Shown here in pieces: positions 9,715-18,388 of a stretch of DNA of 64,000 nucleotides. Numbering within the stretch: the first letter of the stretch is position 1; each line of letters starts with the position of its first letter. Position numbers and translations under genes: made by a program. The notes beneath the pieces are model-generated. The model worked only from the letters and a program-made list of their open reading frames with translations. It made no database searches and was not told the DNA's origin. Origin of the DNA: Chloroflexota bacterium. GTDB taxonomy: Bacteria; Chloroflexota; UBA11872; VXOZ01. The stretch is from NCBI GenBank assembly GCA_965220015.1, contig OZ244798.1:1954063-2018062 (forward strand), given 5' to 3'.

Positions 9715-9870
9715 CTGGTAGCGCAGGATTGCAACCTGCGACCGGCTCTATTTTCTGGTAGTGCAGGTTTGCAACCTGCGACCGACTCTATTTCCTGGTA
9801 GCGCAGGTTTGCAACCTGCAACCGGCTCTATTATCTGGTAGCGCAGGTTTGCAACCTGCGACCGACGCCT
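9715..9870. repeat. Four tandem copies of a 40-bp unit (consensus CTGGTAGCGCAGGTTTGCAACCTGCGACCGGCTCTATTTT), each containing the 17-nt hairpin GCAGGTT-TGC-AACCTGC.
   Basis: Copies begin at 9715, 9755, 9795 and 9835 with 2-4 point differences per copy. Lies in the intergenic region between the NHase-alpha-like gene and the oxidoreductase gene. Confidence 0.85.
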
Positions 9871-9965
9871 CATGGCAAGAGTGCCGGCAAGCCAATTGCC
9901 CGTAGCCCCAAGCACACGAATCCGTGCGAGATGCACAACATCGCCGTGCAGCAGCGCAGTTGATG

Positions 9966-10418
9966 CTAGCGTGTGTGACCGACAAGGCTGGTAGCGGTTA
10001 CCACCTGTGCGGCAACCTCATCGGTTACCTCACCGTCCGGTTGCTTAGGAATGACAAAGGCCCGCCTATGCACATCGGTATCCACCACCTGCAGCGCCTC
10101 ATCGGCGCCAAGTTCCGTTCCCATTTGCTGCAGCCAAGCTGCGGGATTCCGGATGATCGCAGCTTTATAGTCTGGGTCCTTCCAGTAAGGGGGAGCCGTT
10201 CCCAGGAACGAGGGATAGCAACTGCACGGCGTGCAGATTACCATGTGGTGGGTCGTGCCCGTATTGTCGTAGACCGCGACTGTCAGTTGGTCCGGTACGT
10301 CGATATCCAATTCTTGCAGGGCGGCGCGCGGGTCGTGCAGCAACAAGCTCTTGAAGTTCCCGTCCTGCCACGCGCGCATGATGACTGTGCGTGCGTCGCT
10401 GTGGTCTGCTGATGCCAT
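9966..10418 (-). CDS. Nitrile hydratase alpha-subunit-like protein, an orphan with no beta subunit gene nearby.
   Basis: Aligns by eye along NHase alpha including the metal-binding motif VICTPCSCYP (canonical VC[TS]LCSC). Strong SD (AAGGAGG) 6 nt upstream of ATG at 10418. Confidence 0.7.
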   Translation of the reverse strand: MASADHSDARTVIMRAWQDGNFKSLLLHDPRAALQELDIDVPDQLTVAVYDNTGTTHHMVICTPCSCYPSFLGTAPPYWKDPDYKAAIIRNPAAWLQQMGTELGADEALQVVDTDVHRRAFVIPKQPDGEVTDEVAAQVVTATSLVGHTR

Positions 10419-10818
10419 GGATCGCCTCCTTGATTGTTCGGCATTAGCATACCATACCCCCTCGGCACGACCTGGCGACGCTCCCTACATTCACGCGGTA
10501 GCGGAAATCTCGACTTGCACTAATATTGATGGTCTTGCTGCACGTATGAGTCTATAGCTATGGCAAAGCGCATATTCATCAATTCTGACGCCAGCTCGAT
10601 AGGAGGCGCAGAGTGAGTCACTGCCAAAATACCTTGACATCCGTGCGTACCCTTGTTTGAGTGTCTGTATAAGAACACCAATGCACTTGCAAACACGCTG
10701 CAATACCCAGCGAAAAGCGCAGTGGTTACGCGAGAGTATGGGAGTGATGTCTTGCAGGGTGCCCGACTCGAGTCTCACTTTCACGCCCTGGGCCGCACTA
10801 GGGAGGGAATTCAGTTCT

Positions 10819-11604
10819 ATGACCCCTAGTTCCTCAAGTGTTGAGTTTGACGAGTTGCTTGAGAATGAAGAGTCCTACATGTCGCGCTGGTGTGAGGTGG
10901 CAGACTTCCACGGTGTTCGCTTCTATCGCAGTCTAGTCCTACCCACGCACCTGTTCAATTTCGTCACGCGGCTATGGCGGTTCCCTGACGGCGCTGCGCT
11001 GCATGAGCAAATTGAACACACCTACGGCACTTCATCATTACCCCATCGCCTCTTTCTCGGGCCCAAAGAAACACAGGAGCTTGCGAGTTTCTTTACAGAG
11101 CGTGGATATGCTCTGCTAAGCGAGCGTCTCCTACTGGCGCATGATCTCACTCGGGTCCCTAAGTCAAATTCGACTCATGTCCACGTGAAGGCAATTACAA
11201 AAGAAACCGAACTCCAAGACTGGGTGGGCATCGCGATTAGGAGCTGGACGCATCCGGGGTTTCCGCAAGACTTTGATCAAATCGTCATATCGATAGTCAA
11301 CAGCGGGCTTGCCGACGGCGAATTCACGTGCTACTTGGCCGAGATCGATGGTGGCTGTGTCGGCACCGGCCTCATGAACAGGCAGGGGCAGCTTGCGGGC
11401 ATCCACGCAATTACGACAACGCCGGCGGCGCGCGGGCGCGGCGTTGCCACCGCAGTAATCGCCAGGATGGTTGCGGACGCCGCGGCACAGGGATGTGCCG
11501 CAGTGTGCCTGCAAACCGGGAAAGGTGACGGCGCTGATTTCCTCTACCTGCGCATGGGATTTAGCGTACGCTATTCGCTTGGAAAGTATGGCGTAAAGTC
11601 TTAG
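10819..11604 (+). CDS. GNAT-family N-acetyltransferase.
   Basis: C-terminal acetyl-CoA binding motif region QGQLAGIHAITTTPAARGRGVATAVI...LQTG. Start chosen at ATG 10819 with GGGAGGG RBS at 10801-10807. The ORF is open from 10657. Confidence 0.7.
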   Translation: MTPSSSSVEFDELLENEESYMSRWCEVADFHGVRFYRSLVLPTHLFNFVTRLWRFPDGAALHEQIEHTYGTSSLPHRLFLGPKETQELASFFTERGYALLSERLLLAHDLTRVPKSNSTHVHVKAITKETELQDWVGIAIRSWTHPGFPQDFDQIVISIVNSGLADGEFTCYLAEIDGGCVGTGLMNRQGQLAGIHAITTTPAARGRGVATAVIARMVADAAAQGCAAVCLQTGKGDGADFLYLRMGFSVRYSLGKYGVKS

Positions 11605-11809
11605 TTTACGGTATGCCCGTTCCCTGCTCCGCACAGCAATCATGCATGCAACTGCGGGGACACCAGTTCATCATGGTTCAGCTATAGCAATGAGGGGTTT
11701 TCAAGTGCCCAATGCGGCAAGTGCTTGCGCAAAGCCACTAACGATTTTATGGCTAAGAGGCAATGTGCAAGCGATTTATCTCCGGTTGAGGGCGACTTGC
11801 CTCCATATC

Positions 11810-11838
11810 TTGCCAAGAAGCAGTCATCTCGCTATAAT
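11810..11838 (+). promoter_or_regulatory. Sigma70-type promoter TTGCCA-17 nt-TATAAT driving tRNA-Gly.
   Basis: -35 at 11810-11815, 17-nt spacer, -10 TATAAT at 11833-11838. tRNA starts 18 nt downstream. Confidence 0.7.
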
Positions 11839-11856
11839 TGTGATGAATCAGGCAAT

Positions 11857-11928
11857 GCGGAAGTGGCTCAGAGGTAGAGCATCTCCTTGCCAAGGAGAGG
11901 GTCACGGGTTCGAATCCCGTCTTCCGCT
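11857..11928 (+). tRNA. tRNA-Gly (anticodon GCC).
   Basis: Cloverleaf folded by hand. Acceptor GCGGAAG/CTTCCGC, anticodon stem TCTCC/GGAGA with loop TTGCCAA, T-arm GTTCGAATC, discriminator U. CCA not fully encoded. Confidence 0.85.
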
Positions 11929-11960
11929 CCCGGCGGCTCAGATAACGCCGACGTTGGTGA

Positions 11961-11995
11961 AAGAGAGCGCTGCGCAGGCTGCGCCTCTTTTTTTG
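11961..11995 (+). terminator. Rho-independent terminator after tRNA-Gly.
   Basis: GC hairpin GCGCAG-G-CTGCGC flanked by AGAG/CTCT, followed by a run of seven T. Confidence 0.75.
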
Positions 11996-12070
11996 CCATG
12001 ATAAGGACGTTTACGAAGTCTAACAATACATCTGCCTGCACGTGCAGCGGTGTCGCGGTAAGGGAGCGCA

Positions 12071-13522
12071 TTGACGGCAATGGAGATTACGGTTAACTCG
12101 GAAAAGCTTGAGAAGAGCCGCGTGAAGCTCACGGTGGATGTGGCGCTTGAGGAAGTTGAGAAAGCCTACAAGCGCGCCGTTCGCCGCGTGAGCGATAAAG
12201 TAAACATTCCTGGTTTCCGTCCGGGCCGCGCGCCGCAAGCCTTGGTCGAGCGCCACGCCGGGATCGAATCGGTCTTCCGTGAAGCGCTCGATCGTCTCGT
12301 GCCGGAGGCGTATAGCGAAGCGGTGACGCAGACGGAAATCCAGCCCGTTGGCAACCCGGAACTCGAAATTCTGCAAGCGGATAAGGAGCAGCCGGTTTCG
12401 TTCGCGGCTACTGTGCCGGTTAAGCCGGAGGTTGATACGGGTGACTATCGCGCCATCCAAATCACCAAGGAAACGCGATTGGTTTCCGATGAAGACGTGG
12501 AAGTAGTGCTGCAGAGCCTAGAGCAACAGCTCGTACAATGGGATGATATGGACCGGCCGGTGGAGATGGGCGACCGCGTCAATTTGGACTTGCGCATCAG
12601 CGTTGAGGGCAGGACCATCAACAATGCGCCCGGCACCAGCATCATCATCGGCGAGAATACGATGCCGGAGGGCTTCGACGAAACCACCTTGGGCATGGTC
12701 GCCGGACAAGAGCGGTCCTTCATCTTGTTGCTGCCGGACGACTACGCCGTGGAAGCCGTCCGCGGCCGCTCGGCTGACTTTGAGATCAAAGTGTTGGGCA
12801 CTGCGCAAAAGAGGCTGCTTGGCCTTACGGACGAGCTTGCTCAGGCCACCGGCGACTTTGAGACAGTTGACGACTTGCGTGCTGACGTGCGCAAGCGGTT
12901 GGAGGAACGCGCCGCGCAAGACGCCGAGCAACAGGCGGAAAACACCCTCGTCCAAGAACTCGTCACCGGTGCGACGTTTGAAGTGCCCGATGTCCTCATC
13001 GAAGAACAGGCCCAGCGTTTGGAACAACGGGAATCGTTCGAAGCCGCACAGCGGGGCATACCCAAGCAATACTACCTGCAGATGATGAATCTTTCCGAAG
13101 AAGATTGGAAGCAGCGTTTGCATGAACGAGCCGAAGACATGGTACGTAACTTCATTGCAATCGATGCCGTAGCGACGCAAGAAGACATCGCCGTCCCGGT
13201 GGAGGAGATTGAAGGCGAAATCCAACAGAGCATGGCCAACTATCAGAATCAAATTTTCCAACAGATGCAACAATCAGAGGTCATAGTGACCGAAAAACAG
13301 CCGTCGAAGGACGAGGTGCAAGCGCGTTTGCAGCAGATGCAGCAGTATCTCAATAGTGATGCGTCGCGCACGAATATCGCCATGAATCTGCGCATGCGCA
13401 AGACAATCGACTTCCTGAAAGAGACCGTGGCTGTCGAGGAAGTCACTGTGGAACCGAAACCGGAAGAGACACCGCCGGAAGAGACCCCAACCGAGACCTC
13501 AGCACCACAGTCCGCCCCATAG
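12071..13522 (+). CDS. tig: Trigger factor (ribosome-associated PPIase chaperone).
   Basis: N-terminal ribosome-binding domain with GFRPGRAP motif, central FKBP-like domain and C-terminal helical arm. Typical length. Confidence 0.9.
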   Translation: MTAMEITVNSEKLEKSRVKLTVDVALEEVEKAYKRAVRRVSDKVNIPGFRPGRAPQALVERHAGIESVFREALDRLVPEAYSEAVTQTEIQPVGNPELEILQADKEQPVSFAATVPVKPEVDTGDYRAIQITKETRLVSDEDVEVVLQSLEQQLVQWDDMDRPVEMGDRVNLDLRISVEGRTINNAPGTSIIIGENTMPEGFDETTLGMVAGQERSFILLLPDDYAVEAVRGRSADFEIKVLGTAQKRLLGLTDELAQATGDFETVDDLRADVRKRLEERAAQDAEQQAENTLVQELVTGATFEVPDVLIEEQAQRLEQRESFEAAQRGIPKQYYLQMMNLSEEDWKQRLHERAEDMVRNFIAIDAVATQEDIAVPVEEIEGEIQQSMANYQNQIFQQMQQSEVIVTEKQPSKDEVQARLQQMQQYLNSDASRTNIAMNLRMRKTIDFLKETVAVEEVTVEPKPEETPPEETPTETSAPQSAP

Positions 13523-13580
13523 CTAATTCATGACCGTGAGATGAAGCTGCATGTGGACACTGTCATACATCGCCGAGCTG

Positions 13581-13618
13581 AGACCGACATCCACCCTTAG
13601 ATGTCGGTCTTTTTGTTT
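13581..13618 (+). terminator. Rho-independent terminator downstream of tig.
   Basis: 11-bp stem AGACCGACATC/GATGTCGGTCT with 8-nt loop followed by TTTTGTTT. Overlaps the first ATG (13601) of the rsgA ORF, arguing for the later rsgA start. Confidence 0.75.
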
Positions 13619-13669
13619 AACTCAAGGCGCTTCTGCTTGTTCTCCCCACAGCGCGGGCGGTGTGGCGCA

Positions 13670-14677
13670 ATGAGTCCCAAAACCAAGAGCCAGATGCAAG
13701 AAGGCACAGTCCTGCGGGTTTCTCGCGGAGAGTGCTTGGTAGAGACCAGCAATGGGACGATGAGGTGTAAGATCCGGAGCAAGTTGCGCAAGGAGCTCGT
13801 CTACTCGACAAGCGGCAGTAGAGCGCCACGGGTGCAACGCGTGCAACCAACGCAAACACGTTCGCCAGTAAGCGTTGGCGACCGGGTGCGCATGCGGCAG
13901 CTTGGCCCTGACAACGGCGTAATCGAAGAAATTCTGCGCGATGACGATGAAACGTGGGGTTTGCTGCGGCAGGCGCCCGAAAGCAAGCGCGCCCACGTAC
14001 TGGCGGCAAATGTGGACCAAGCCGTCATCGTGCTGGCTGCATCACAACCCATACCCGACTTCATCCTGCTCGATCGTTATCTTGTGATTGCCGAGTACCA
14101 TACGCTCCCCACGGTCCTGGTGGTAAACAAGATTGATCAGGGACTGTCAACAGAAGTAGCGGAGGAACTCGCCAGCTACGAGCGCATTGGCTACTCAATT
14201 CTCAATACTAGCGCCCTGACCGGCAGCGGCGTTGCGCCGCTGCGGGAAAAGTTGCAGGGCAAACGCTCAGTCTTTACGGGCGTCTCCGGCGTGGGCAAGT
14301 CAACGCTCATCAACCATCTTGCTGCCGATACCGCACTGCCGACCGGCGCCCTTGGCGTGAAAGGGGAGGGCCGTCATATCACGACCAGCTCCGAGACAAT
14401 CGCGCTGGACGAGAGTACCCATGTAATGGACACACCGGGACTGCGCAAATTGACATCGTGGAGCATCCTTCCCGAAGACCTGCCACATCTCTTTCCTGAA
14501 CTGCGGGAGCGCATTGGCCAATGTCGATTTCGCGACTGCGCCCATGTCGACGAACCCGGCTGCGCCGTGCGCTTGGCACTGAGCGGCGGCTCGATAGCGC
14601 CGCGCCGTTATAGCAGTTACGTTCTCTTCTACCGCGAACTCACCGCACAGAACCTTACTCCGTGGGAACATGCGTGA
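13670..14677 (+). CDS. rsgA: Ribosome small-subunit-dependent GTPase A (RsgA/YjeQ).
   Basis: Circularly permuted GTPase: G4 VVNKID before P-loop GVSGVGKST, DTPG, and C-terminal zinc-finger CRFRDCAHVDEPGC. Start MSPKTKS at 13670. Confidence 0.85.
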   Translation: MSPKTKSQMQEGTVLRVSRGECLVETSNGTMRCKIRSKLRKELVYSTSGSRAPRVQRVQPTQTRSPVSVGDRVRMRQLGPDNGVIEEILRDDDETWGLLRQAPESKRAHVLAANVDQAVIVLAASQPIPDFILLDRYLVIAEYHTLPTVLVVNKIDQGLSTEVAEELASYERIGYSILNTSALTGSGVAPLREKLQGKRSVFTGVSGVGKSTLINHLAADTALPTGALGVKGEGRHITTSSETIALDESTHVMDTPGLRKLTSWSILPEDLPHLFPELRERIGQCRFRDCAHVDEPGCAVRLALSGGSIAPRRYSSYVLFYRELTAQNLTPWEHA

Positions 14678-14823
14678 CGTGGTGGACAGTGCGATTCGTT
14701 TTGCTTAGCCACACAATCGAGCACTGGCGCGCGCGGTAGGAAGCCCATCAAATTGACCCGCTGCAAGGCCGTAGCGTAGTCTAATTACAAGAGCGATTCT
14801 ATACCGAGTCGAAGTCCATCGGG

Positions 14824-15465
14824 GTGGATGCGGTGGAGCAGCCAACACCCGCAGTGCGAGCACTCTACACACAGAAATCAAGACCTCTGCTATTCGTGAT
14901 TTCCGGTCCGTCAGGGGCCGGCAAAGATTCGATTGTTGACGGTCTTGCCCAGCAAGGAATGGCGTTCTATCGCGCCATTACTGCCGTTACCCGCGATCCG
15001 CGACCCGCGGAGCAGCATGGCACGCACCACTACTTCCTCACTGTGGAGGAGTTTTCGCGGTGGGAAGCCGAAGGAAAGTTCTTGGAAACCGCCCTTGTCT
15101 ACGGACACCGCTACGGTACGCCGCTGCACGAGGTCACGACTGCGCTTGACCGCGGTCAGGACGTGCTCTTGCGGGTAGACGTGCAAGGAGCGGCCTCCAT
15201 TCGCCAGCGCATGCCGGAGAGTGTGCACATCTTCATTGGGGTGCCCGATCTGTCTCTGGAAACTCTGCAAGAACGCAGGGACTTGCGCGGAGTTGAAACA
15301 CCCTCGGAAAAAGCCACGCGCGACGCGCTGCTGCGCAATGAACTCGCTGCTATTCCCCAGTTTGACTACTATGTTGTCAACCAGACCGGCCACATTGACC
15401 GGGCGATCAGCCAAGTGAGCGCCATCATCACGGCGGAAAAGTGTCGGATTTGCCCACGCGGGTGA
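14824..15465 (+). CDS. gmk: Guanylate kinase.
   Basis: P-loop SGPSGAGKDS and family-wide similarity. Confidence 0.85.
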   Translation: MDAVEQPTPAVRALYTQKSRPLLFVISGPSGAGKDSIVDGLAQQGMAFYRAITAVTRDPRPAEQHGTHHYFLTVEEFSRWEAEGKFLETALVYGHRYGTPLHEVTTALDRGQDVLLRVDVQGAASIRQRMPESVHIFIGVPDLSLETLQERRDLRGVETPSEKATRDALLRNELAAIPQFDYYVVNQTGHIDRAISQVSAIITAEKCRICPRG

Positions 15466-17846
15466 ACGTAACCCCTCTTGCTACCCCGTACGCCGAGATT
15501 GCAGTGGACGTGCTCAACGTTCCTGCGGACCAGACCTATCACTATGCAATCCCCGACCATCTGCGCGAGCGTGTGGCTCCCGGCGTCATGGTGCTGGTGG
15601 GCTTTGGTAATCGCATTATCGAGGGCCTGGTGGTTGCCGGCGCGGAGACGGCGCCCGTAGAGGAAGTGCGCGAAATCATGGACGTCGTCGCCGATAGCGC
15701 GCTTCTCACCCCCAATCAGATTTCCCTCGCACGAAGAATAGCCCGCTACTACCTGGCGTCCCCAATTAGGGTCATTGGCCCTATGCTCCCCCCGGGCATG
15801 CGGGACCGTGTGAAGCGCTGGTCCAGACTGGATCCGCTCGTCAAACTACCTGAGGACGTGGCAACCACACGAAACGAGCTACTCTTTCTCGAAATGCTGC
15901 GGAATGAGCGTGAAGTCGAACACGAGCGGTTGCAGCAGATCGCGGGGGCGACCGTATTCAAGCGCATGCAACGCAAACTGGAGCGGCTGGGCGCAGTCCA
16001 TCTCCGCGCGGCACTGCAACCCCGCCAGCCGCCGCCCTTGAGAGACCAGTGGGTTGAAGCTCTGTCCACCACCCAAGAGGCAGAACCGCTCCTGCGTAGG
16101 ACCCGATCGCAGCGAAAGCTCCTGCAGGCATTAGAGAAATTGGGCAGGAGCGTCCCGGTGCGCCAGTTGCTGGCGGAAACCGGGGCGAACGTGCTCCCGC
16201 TGCGCTCACTGGCAGAAAAAGGGCTCGTACGCTTTAGCGAGGCGCATCACCATGAGACCTGCAAAATGAAGCCGGTTGCACTGCCAAGCCATGCTTCACC
16301 TGTGGAAGCGGCCGCCTGGGAGACCATTTCAACCTTTATGTCTAGTTCTTCGAGTGGTCACGATTTGCGCTCGCTGATCGTAATGGCAGATACCGCGCCC
16401 TGGCAGCTCTATGTACACGCTGTAGCGCGGGCGCTGGAGTCTAATGGCCAAGTCCTGCTGCTGGCTCCCAGCACCTATGCAGTGCGGCGCATTGAAGAAA
16501 CGTTAGAAGCCATCTTTCCCAATCGCGTTCTCTCGTGGCATGGCGTGCTGGGCGCGGCGCGGCGCCGGACCGCGTGGGAGCGCGTAGAAACCGGTGAACC
16601 GGTGGTGATCGTGGGCACACGCGCCGCGGTCTTGCTGCCCTTCCGCAAGCTCGGCCTGATACTGATAGACAGCGAACACGATGATGCCCATAAGAACTCA
16701 GAGAGTCCGCGTTTTCACGCAGTTACCGTTGCCCATTGGCTTGCTGAAGCCTTTGGCGCCAACCTGCTGCTCTTCTCCCATACCCCGCGCGTGACGACGT
16801 ACGCGGCAGTGGAAAGCGAAAGAGCAGACTTTGTGCGCGCTACCGATGTTTCACCTACTGCCCGCATTGTCGACATGCGTGTTGCGCGCCACGTCGGGCC
16901 GCGGCAGATCATCAGCCGTGAACTCAAAGACGCTCTCACCCGCACGCTTGAAGCTGGTCGACCTGCCGTCCTGCTGCAAAATCGGCGGGGCGCCGCGACC
17001 CATGCGCTCTGCCCAAAGTGCGGTCACGTAGTTGAGTGTCAAAACTGCAGTGTGCCGCTGGTCCAGCATCGGGCAAGCGGCGTCATGCGCTGCCATCGCT
17101 GCGGTTCAGAGGCGCCCATACCGACGCACTGTCCGCGGTGTGAAACGAAACTGCGCTTCAGAGGCATCGGATCGCAAAACGTAGAACTTGAGATGCAACG
17201 CATCTTCCCGAACGCTCGCATCGCACGCTGGGACCGCGACGTAAAGACCGCACAGGAAGGGACCAGCCCGGTTGCCGACCTCCACGCGAGCAAGTTGGAC
17301 ATTCTTGTAGGTACCGCGGCTGTGCTCCTTGAGCCTTTGCCCGTCGGCCTCTATGCGGTAGTGTCTGCGGATACGGCGCTCCACTTGCCGGACTACCGCG
17401 CCGCTGAACGCACGTACCAACTCCTGCGGCGCACCGGCTTCTTGGCTGCGGCAACAGAGGCTGAGTTCCTCATCCAAACATATACTCCGGAGAGTCTGCC
17501 CCTGCGCGCCCTGAAGATTGGACGGTATTTGTGGTTTTACCGCAAGAGTATGGAAGAACGTGAGCGCGCGTTTCCACCAAGTGTCGAATTGGCGTCACTG
17601 CTCTACCAGGACCGCAACCGCGAACGCGCCACAGAAGCCGCAGTTGCTTTGGTACAATGCTTACAGGAGGCAATCGTCCGCGAACAGATTGCGGTGGAGC
17701 TGCTGGGTCCGGCGCCTGCCTTTCCCGAGCGTGTGCGCGGGCTCTATCGTTGGCACGTGATGGTCCGTGGGCAGGGCATTCAGAGTCTTCTGACTCATGT
17801 TCCGCCAGGGTGGACTATCGACGTCGACCCAGTGAGCGTCCTTTAG
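15441..17846 (+). CDS. priA: Primosomal protein N' (PriA) homolog with degenerate helicase motifs.
   Basis: Four Cys pairs of the PriA zinc-binding domain (CPKCGHVVECQNC...CHRCG...CPRCE) and PriA-like domain order. Walker A position reads ADTAPWQL instead of GxxGSGKT, DEEH reads DSEH, and motif VI is degenerate. Confidence 0.8.
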   Translation: MSDLPTRVNVTPLATPYAEIAVDVLNVPADQTYHYAIPDHLRERVAPGVMVLVGFGNRIIEGLVVAGAETAPVEEVREIMDVVADSALLTPNQISLARRIARYYLASPIRVIGPMLPPGMRDRVKRWSRLDPLVKLPEDVATTRNELLFLEMLRNEREVEHERLQQIAGATVFKRMQRKLERLGAVHLRAALQPRQPPPLRDQWVEALSTTQEAEPLLRRTRSQRKLLQALEKLGRSVPVRQLLAETGANVLPLRSLAEKGLVRFSEAHHHETCKMKPVALPSHASPVEAAAWETISTFMSSSSSGHDLRSLIVMADTAPWQLYVHAVARALESNGQVLLLAPSTYAVRRIEETLEAIFPNRVLSWHGVLGAARRRTAWERVETGEPVVIVGTRAAVLLPFRKLGLILIDSEHDDAHKNSESPRFHAVTVAHWLAEAFGANLLLFSHTPRVTTYAAVESERADFVRATDVSPTARIVDMRVARHVGPRQIISRELKDALTRTLEAGRPAVLLQNRRGAATHALCPKCGHVVECQNCSVPLVQHRASGVMRCHRCGSEAPIPTHCPRCETKLRFRGIGSQNVELEMQRIFPNARIARWDRDVKTAQEGTSPVADLHASKLDILVGTAAVLLEPLPVGLYAVVSADTALHLPDYRAAERTYQLLRRTGFLAAATEAEFLIQTYTPESLPLRALKIGRYLWFYRKSMEERERAFPPSVELASLLYQDRNRERATEAAVALVQCLQEAIVREQIAVELLGPAPAFPERVRGLYRWHVMVRGQGIQSLLTHVPPGWTIDVDPVSVL

Positions 17847-17875
17847 GCGTAGACTTCCGGCTGAGTAGACTACTC

Positions 17876-18379
17876 GTGAACACCCAGAGCATTCTGCAAC
17901 TTGGCAATGAAATTTTGCGCGCAAAAGCCAAACCTGTGTCCAAAGGCATGCGGGGATTGCGCCAACTCACGGACAAGATGTTTGCCACAATGGAAGGCGC
18001 CTCGGGAGTCGGGCTGGCCGCACCGCAAATTGGGGTTTCACTGCGCGTTATCGTCGTCGATGCCGATGAGGTGCGAATGGCGCTGCTCAATCCTGAAATC
18101 GTCAAAACCTCTGAAGAGACTATTCTGGACGAAGAAGGGTGTCTTTCTTACGCTACCTACTATGGGCCCGTGGAGCGTTTTCAAAGTGTCGTCGTAAAGG
18201 GGCGGTCGCTGGAATGGAAAAAGGTGCGCATCCGCGCGACTGATTTGCTGGCACGTGTGTTCCAACACGAAATCGACCACTTGAACGGCACGCTATTCTT
18301 GGACCGCCTTACTGACCCCGAGCAACTGCGCCGCGCCGAACCTGAAACTGAGCTAGATTCTCAATCGGACGAAGCCTAG
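17876..18379 (+). CDS. def: Peptide deformylase.
   Basis: Motifs GVGLAAPQIG, EGCLS, QHEIDHLNG. GTG start at 17876, in frame after the priA stop. Confidence 0.85.
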   Translation: MNTQSILQLGNEILRAKAKPVSKGMRGLRQLTDKMFATMEGASGVGLAAPQIGVSLRVIVVDADEVRMALLNPEIVKTSEETILDEEGCLSYATYYGPVERFQSVVVKGRSLEWKKVRIRATDLLARVFQHEIDHLNGTLFLDRLTDPEQLRRAEPETELDSQSDEA

Positions 18380-18388
18380 GAAAACCGC

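Noticed and set aside
9715-9870. Possible CRISPR array
   Set aside because: The 40-bp unit is repeated in its entirety with no unique spacers between copies. The period equals the repeat length. No cas genes are in the window.
10420-10818. Promoter calls in the divergent region between the NHase-alpha-like and GNAT genes
   Set aside because: A TTGACA at about 10634 lacks a convincing -10 at proper spacing. It is too weak to list as a feature.
12020-13273. Minus-strand ORFs of 146 and 251 aa overlapping tig
   Set aside because: They are entirely antisense to the well-supported trigger factor gene. They have no motifs and are typical high-GC spurious ORFs.
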